IMG/VR virus record: IMGVR_UViG_3300024052_000085
Span: 1-64,000 of that record
Length of the DNA stretch: 64,000 bases
Source: a virus
Strand: one strand, 5' to 3'
Each line of letters starts with the position of its first letter. The stretch's first letter is position 1. The position numbers were made by a program, and so were the translations under genes. Of this stretch, positions 58,248-64,000 are shown one piece after another. Below the pieces are notes generated by a model, which did not search any database, had not been told where the DNA came from, and was given only the letters and a program-made list of their open reading frames with translations.

Positions 58248-58676
58248 ATGCCATTCGATAAAATATTCGGTAAATTAAATAGAGGAGTAATTCAACCTGC
58301 AGAATCTCAAATTTCTGTAGGTTTCGATCTTGACGATTCTACCCAGAAAGATTGGATGAACGAAAAGAATTGGAGTAATACTTTCTCAAGCAGAGTATTT
58401 TATCCTACATCTTTAGGTATAGAATGGTACTCTAGTATTAGCGATCGTGCACCTGCCCATGTTAAGTTTATGATGTCTAAAAGTCCTATGACTAAACTTA
58501 ACTACCTAGATAAGTATCATAATGATGGTAGAGCAGATTCTGATATAGCCCAAGCTTTAAGTCTAGGATATATTTCTTTTAACCCTCAAGATAATGCAGC
58601 TGAAAGAGATATTGCTCTAACCGAAGGGTTTACTTTAGAAGACCATTTAGATAATACTCCTAAACATAAGACTTGA
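58248..58676 (+). CDS. hypothetical protein, paralog of 57744..58058
   Basis: FYPT..G...GYISFNPQDN. Confidence 0.55.
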   Translation: MPFDKIFGKLNRGVIQPAESQISVGFDLDDSTQKDWMNEKNWSNTFSSRVFYPTSLGIEWYSSISDRAPAHVKFMMSKSPMTKLNYLDKYHNDGRADSDIAQALSLGYISFNPQDNAAERDIALTEGFTLEDHLDNTPKHKT

Positions 58677-58709
58677 CCCTATACTGGAGACCCTCTGTAA
58701 GAGGATATA

Positions 58710-59846
58710 ATGAGAATTAAGTTTCCTAAATGGCGAAAACAGAACGAAGAAGATCTTTTAACTCCTGATGAGTTAAGAGAGCTTGCTGAGGAAGAAATTG
58801 AAGTAGAAATGCTACCTGGATATCCTCACGAAATTCATCCTGTAGGCCTAGTATCTGGAAGTGGAGTACCTATAACAGATAGTAGAATTTCTGGTCCTGG
58901 TACCTATAAATCAGATAGGGGAGGAGTTGCTGAGTTTGCAAGAGAATTTGAAGTTGGAGATGATTCACTACAAGCTGGATTAGAATTCGAAAGAGATAAA
59001 TATCCTACTGATTATTCTAAGATAGTAGGAATTCCAAAGTATACTACTAGAGCAATTAGTCATAAAGATCCTTGGGAAGTATCTGAAGATCTTTCTCACC
59101 GCAAAGGTAAGGGAAGTGTAGCAGGCATAAACAAACCTCCTGGAGAAGGTTGGCCAGATGTTATGGGCTTTGGAAGTCCTAAAGCTAATGAAATACATTG
59201 GCCTTTAAAAGGTATAGATGGTGAACTAGACCATCTCGATGTCTTAGCACATGAAATATCACATAAAGCTCTCGGACATTTTGATAAAAAAGCAACATCT
59301 GTAGGGCAATCTATAGAGTCTTATAACATATCTAAATTACCTTTTGTTGTAAAACAGCATCCAGAATTAATATCCGGAGGAACTACTAACGAGTACAGAG
59401 AGATCTTTGTGCAATCAGGTCAAATACTAGATGAATTTGAAGTTAGACTTTATCAAGAAGCTGAAGAATATCCAATAGACAAAGCATGTAGATTCGATAG
59501 ATTTGTTAAAACAACAAAACAGAATACTCCTAGAGACTGGCCTTCAGGAATAATAGATAGCATAGCAATACAAGCATTAATAAATATGACTCAAGAGGGA
59601 GTCATTCACGAAAAGACTGCGAGATTATATATACAGAGAATCAGAGGGGTGACCCCTAAGGAAGTACGTAGGCATTCTCCTTTAGGTTTATCAGATGAAC
59701 TAGATCTTGGAGATAGAATATACGATCCAGATGATCTTTGGATGGGACAAAGTTCAGCGAGCGAAGAAGAATATTTTCAAGCTCTCGAACAAGATAAAAG
59801 GAAATGGAGAAGAGTAGGTACTAAAAAAGGAAAGTGGACTAGATAG
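58710..59846 (+). CDS. HExxH metallopeptidase-like protein
   Basis: VLAHEISH...H and a downstream E. Confidence 0.5.
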   Translation: MRIKFPKWRKQNEEDLLTPDELRELAEEEIEVEMLPGYPHEIHPVGLVSGSGVPITDSRISGPGTYKSDRGGVAEFAREFEVGDDSLQAGLEFERDKYPTDYSKIVGIPKYTTRAISHKDPWEVSEDLSHRKGKGSVAGINKPPGEGWPDVMGFGSPKANEIHWPLKGIDGELDHLDVLAHEISHKALGHFDKKATSVGQSIESYNISKLPFVVKQHPELISGGTTNEYREIFVQSGQILDEFEVRLYQEAEEYPIDKACRFDRFVKTTKQNTPRDWPSGIIDSIAIQALINMTQEGVIHEKTARLYIQRIRGVTPKEVRRHSPLGLSDELDLGDRIYDPDDLWMGQSSASEEEYFQALEQDKRKWRRVGTKKGKWTR

Positions 59847-60103
59847 TGGAAGGTTTAGGAAGTGCAATAGTGGGTTTATTTGGTATAGCTGCACTAGCTG
59901 CAGTCTATAAGACTTTTCAAGATGGTGGAAGGCCGACTAAATACGAACTACATGAAACCTTTAAGACCAAAACCGAAGCATCCAAAGAAGCAGCTAGAAT
60001 GAGAGCTAAAGGAATTAAAGCTAGATTTACAAAATCTGGCAATAAATTTAATGTTTGGATTAGCGAAAAGACTTCAAATATGATGACTTGGCCTTATAAC
60101 TAA
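59846..60103 (+). CDS. TM-anchored SPOR-like small protein
   Basis: N-terminal TM; F.TK.EA...A..MR.KG..A......F.VW. Confidence 0.45.
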   Translation: MEGLGSAIVGLFGIAALAAVYKTFQDGGRPTKYELHETFKTKTEASKEAARMRAKGIKARFTKSGNKFNVWISEKTSNMMTWPYN

Positions 60104-62510
60104 TGAATTACCAATTAAATTATAAAGGACCAGAATATTTAAGTAGTCTAAAAGGCGTTTGGGAAGATACTATACCGGAAGTAGGATCTCCAGGTTTCAA
60201 AAGAACTTTAGATAACATATTTGAAGAGGGTTCTTCATATCCATCAGCTAAAATTATCCAATCCATTTTCATTCTAAAAGCTTTAACAGGTAGAGAGAAA
60301 AAACGTCTATCTAGAATAACAAACAAACTTTGGGAAGAAGGAAAAATAGATCTAGACGAGGCTTCGCGTAGAGAGCTTCAGCAATATAAACTTGCTTATC
60401 CTATATTATCTTACGAACAGTTAAGAAGCAAAATTCCGGCTAGAGTAAGAACAATGAAAAAACAAGACTCTATAATGAAAACCGAAGAAGAGTTAATAGC
60501 TGAAGGTTACAGCTTAGTTTTTGAAGAACCATATCAGGGGATTGTAGATACTCGAGGTACTTGGAGAGATTCCGAGGGTTTTGGAGCTAGTAGAGAAAAG
60601 TATTTTGTAACTTCTTTACCTTGGGAGCAGACTCTAGAAGATCTAGTAGACGAAGAATACGTATTAGAGTTTTAATTTATGAGTACTTATAACGATAGCG
60701 GAAGAAGAATAGCTCCAGGTTCTGATCCTGAAGTTCTTGAACATATTTTTGAAATAAAACAAGAGATAGGGAAAGCTCGTCAGAAAGAAGCACGTAAAAA
60801 TAATTCTTGGAAGTATAGACATACTGAGAAGGGAATAGATACACGAAAGAACTATAGAAAGAATACTGTTAAAGGTATTCAACATAGAATTAATACTCTC
60901 ATAAACAGACGGGACGAACTTGCAGCAGCAAAAATGCTTAGCAGTCAAAAATACGATACCAGCGAGATGTTTTGGAACATTAAAGAACAGTTTCCAGAAA
61001 TGTCTATAGAGGGTATCGTAAAAGTTATGAGTATGAGACCTAGTAAACTTAGAGGTCAAGAATCTATTTTAGACTTTTTAGATAGCTTAGGAGAAGTACA
61101 AGGTCCTGGAGCTGAATTCTATAACTATCCAGGAGGTAGCGATATCTAATGCCAGAAGAACTACCTGATCGAATAAGAGAGCGTATCTACGATCCAGATA
61201 AAGATGAAGCTGCTATAGCTCGTAGAAAAAAAGAAGAGCCTAAATCAGCTAATCCTAAAGGAACGCGAAGAGCAAGTATACCTGGTTATATGACTTTAGA
61301 CTCGAAATTTCGAGATTATATCCATATAGCAGCTCTAAAATATATGTGGGAATATGATTCTGTTCCCGTAGTAGATGCTCGTACAGATGAAGATGATTGG
61401 AAAACTTTAGAGTGGTCTAACTTTAAAAAGATACTTATAAAGGAAATAGATGGTAGAGGATACAATCAAATTCAAAGAGAGCTTATAGACGATTATGAAG
61501 AGCTGACTGGATTACAAAAAAAGATATTATCTTTCATTCGAGTTTCTAGAGATGGTCTAATTAGTGGATATCGTGCAAGAATAGAAGAGCATAATAAACA
61601 ACTTGAAAACCCTGAGAGAATCACTCAGTTACAAAGACGTAAGCCTGAAGGTTATTATACTAAAACTAGAAAACCCGGAGTTAGAGGAAGACCTACAGGG
61701 TCTTTTAAATCTCCCGAAGAAAGAAAAGCTGATAAAGAAAAAAGAGATAAATTCAAAGAGTCTATAGAAATAGAACAGGCTGCTGAAGCAGAAGTATCTC
61801 TTGATTTCTGGAGGCTGTCTACATTACCTCTAGAAGAGGACGGATTAGGCCTTGAGGAGCCAATGCTTCTCGAAGACTGGCAAGAAATGAAACTTGCAGA
61901 AATAAAAGAAAGACAGACTAGAGGAGAGTCTTCAGATGCTGCTTTAGAAGATTTACCTAGTTGGGCTAGAAGAGCTATACTAGAAAAAGGCCTTTCAGAC
62001 TTATTAGTAGCAATAGAATCTGAAGAACCTGGTGAATTCAATGAAAACCTTTTTTCTATCGATATGAGTATAGAATCTGACGATAATGAAGAGGTCGAAA
62101 TATAATGGTATCTCGTGATTACACTTTAAATACAAAACTAGTACAAGCATTGCAGAAGGATAGTCCTGATCATGTTTATCTACGTACAATCTACGGAACT
62201 ACAGTAAGACTTAAAAAGTCAAAAGTTAGAGCATTTATTCGCACCTTACAAAAAATGAAAGCAGCAAGAGCATCTGGAATGGTAAACCAACCTTTCAGTT
62301 ATAAGAGAATTATTATGAATGCTCCAGAATATGTATTAATAATACCTGCAATAGCTGCTGAGTATCCTGACTTAATAAACGATGAAATTATGGACTACTT
62401 TGATGAATGTTCTCAACATATAGAAGATGCTGCTGTATACTTACTAAGTGAAGCATATAAGAATAAATCGAGTACTAAAGAAGTTAAACCGAAACCTTTA
62501 GATACATCCG

Positions 62511-62732
62511 ATGCTGAATAAACTAAAACTTAGAAAGATTAACGGTAAGCTATTTACTCCAAGATATATGGTTCCAGATAAGGAAGATATAGATATGTCT
62601 CGTCAAATAGAAGAAGAAATTTACTGTATTATTTGCACAAGCAGTAACATAACAGAACGTAACTGTAAAGTAATTTGCAACAACTGCGGGTACACAAGAG
62701 ACTGTAGCGACCCCTATATTAAAGGAGAATAA
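62511..62732 (+). CDS. Zn-ribbon protein
   Basis: CIIC...CKVICNNCGY..DCSD. Confidence 0.6.
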   Translation: MLNKLKLRKINGKLFTPRYMVPDKEDIDMSRQIEEEIYCIICTSSNITERNCKVICNNCGYTRDCSDPYIKGE

Positions 62733-62735
62733 GAA

Positions 62736-63257
62736 ATGGAAATAACTAGTCAAGGTAATGAATTAAAGACAGCCCTTAGTACTCAAGAAAATCTTCCTGA
62801 GGATGGACAAAAAATCTTATCTGTATTACAAAATGCTGATCAAGGATCGTCTCCTGACGATTTAGCTTCTGTAATGGAAGATAAAGATGATTCGTTAGAC
62901 TCCCAACAATGGGAAGAAGTAATAGAAGGTCTCAAAGATAGAAATCTCTTGGCCGATAGTGTCGGTTCTAGTTCTCTAGAAAATACTATGGGATCTATGG
63001 ATCCTATAGGAGGCAGTGATACTCTGCAAGGTCATTCTGACGATGTAGGACATTTAATGTTACGTCCTCGAAATATGCAAAATGCCTCTAAAGACTGTAC
63101 ACGTTGCGGATCACACTTTACAGGTCAAAGAGCTTTATCAGATATAGATCTTTGTGTAGCTTGCGCTAGTCAAGATGCTGAATCTACATGGGGTGCAATG
63201 GATGATACAATCTCAAATATGGGTCTAACTATCGAGCCAGGAGAATTTAGTATCTAA
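62736..63257 (+). CDS. winged-helix plus Zn-finger protein
   Basis: IL..L.....S..DL.....I.GL..RNL; CTRC...LC..C. Confidence 0.5.
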   Translation: MEITSQGNELKTALSTQENLPEDGQKILSVLQNADQGSSPDDLASVMEDKDDSLDSQQWEEVIEGLKDRNLLADSVGSSSLENTMGSMDPIGGSDTLQGHSDDVGHLMLRPRNMQNASKDCTRCGSHFTGQRALSDIDLCVACASQDAESTWGAMDDTISNMGLTIEPGEFSI

Positions 63258-63712
63258 TGGCTGACTTTAGCAAACCGCCTGAAGGTGCTTTAGAAGTACT
63301 TTCGGCTGCCGCAGAGGTTATAACAGAAGCTACTGGCGGAGATACTGTTTATCTTTATGGTAGTGCAGGAAGATACTATAAAGGTATTTCAGACCCAGGA
63401 ATTAGAACTGTAGGTAGAAATAAAAGAATAGAACCAGGAAGAAGGTTCTCAGCTACTAGTGACTTTGATATAGGAATACAAACTGCAGATCCTAGAGATA
63501 CTCTAGCTATATTAAACGAGCTGATAGCTGAAGGTAGAATACCTAGATTTATTCCTAGAACTATAATACCTAAAGGCGATATCCGTACAATCCAAAATAA
63601 AGGAAATTGGCCTTCAGGACATATTGTATCCTATATAATCCATGACGGTCTATTACATGGAAGAGGTAAAGACCAATACATATTTGGAGATACCGAGGAA
63701 TATAGAGTATAA
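63257..63712 (+). CDS. minimal nucleotidyltransferase (Pol beta superfamily)
   Basis: VYLYGS...SDFDIGI. Confidence 0.7.
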   Translation: MADFSKPPEGALEVLSAAAEVITEATGGDTVYLYGSAGRYYKGISDPGIRTVGRNKRIEPGRRFSATSDFDIGIQTADPRDTLAILNELIAEGRIPRFIPRTIIPKGDIRTIQNKGNWPSGHIVSYIIHDGLLHGRGKDQYIFGDTEEYRV

Positions 63713-64000
63713 TGAATTTAAGCGAGTTATTTAAAATAGCATTGAAGAGCGGTGAGGATAAAGCTTTACTTAATAAGACTCTTAATCCTCTACGTAGAGC
63801 TGGAACTCAACACATTTTACGTCCTAGATACGGTATTCTAACCTTTGGAAGTCTGTTAAATGCCTCTGAAGAAGAACATAATAAGTGGCTTCAACTAAGA
63901 AGAGATATGGACCATGGTAAAATAGATGTCACAGTAGAAGACATACTTGAAGCATATCCTGACTACTTCGAAAGATTACGTATTAGAGAGTTCGGGCCAA
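63712..64000 (+). CDS. hypothetical protein, truncated by the window end
   Basis: TAATG-coupled ATG; frame open to the edge. Confidence 0.55.
   Translation, partial: MNLSELFKIALKSGEDKALLNKTLNPLRRAGTQHILRPRYGILTFGSLLNASEEEHNKWLQLRRDMDHGKIDVTVEDILEAYPDYFERLRIREFGP

Noticed and set aside
2153-62753. All minus-strand ORFs in the track, and short + strand ORFs nested out of frame inside long genes
   Set aside because: They shadow well-supported + strand genes, lack RBSs and motifs, and have the composition expected of antisense or alternative frames.
1-64000. Stop-codon reassignment suggested by abundant TAG trinucleotides
   Set aside because: Genes tile densely in the standard code, and conserved genes such as queC and polA end properly at TAG.
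1-64000. tRNA genes, integrase, transposase, introns or inteins
   Set aside because: None recognisable by eye; PolA and the que genes are uninterrupted. A tRNAscan/Infernal run would be needed to exclude RNA genes fully.

Overview
This window is part of a larger dsDNA virus genome. Almost all credible genes are on the + strand, densely packed and often TAATG-coupled. Bacterial host signals include AGGAGG ribosome-binding sites, sigma70-type promoters, a sigma70 region-4 protein and a family A DNA polymerase. Layout: (i) 1-12 kb, small early genes separated by RNA-type hairpins; (ii) 12-26 kb, DNA metabolism, with a degenerate protein-primed-like PolB, Sak4-like ATPase, SSB, queC/queE/folE, a DpdA-like TGT-fold protein, a MazG-like protein, a PD-(D/E)xK exonuclease and a UDG-fused PolA; (iii) 26-47 kb, morphogenesis; (iv) 47-64 kb, accessory genes including an apparent protein-mannosylation set and several paralog families. 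The morphogenesis block contains no recognisable HK97 capsid, portal, terminase, tail or lysin. It instead carries a 29-aa basic peptide, two near-identical 66-aa two-helix hydrophobic proteins resembling spindle-shaped archaeal virus major capsid proteins, a 2203-aa acidic protein, a Zot/pI-like ATPase and large membrane-anchored adhesins. The best-supported hypothesis is a large, non-tailed, membrane-extruded (spindle/filamentous-type) virus of a bacterium, possibly Chloroflexota, with 7-deazaguanine-modified DNA and glycosylated virions. Non-coding highlights are a 4-copy promoter motif, an anti-Shine-Dalgarno sRNA candidate and a 30-bp long-range RNA duplex bracketing ssb. All calls come from motif recognition by eye; no searches were run.
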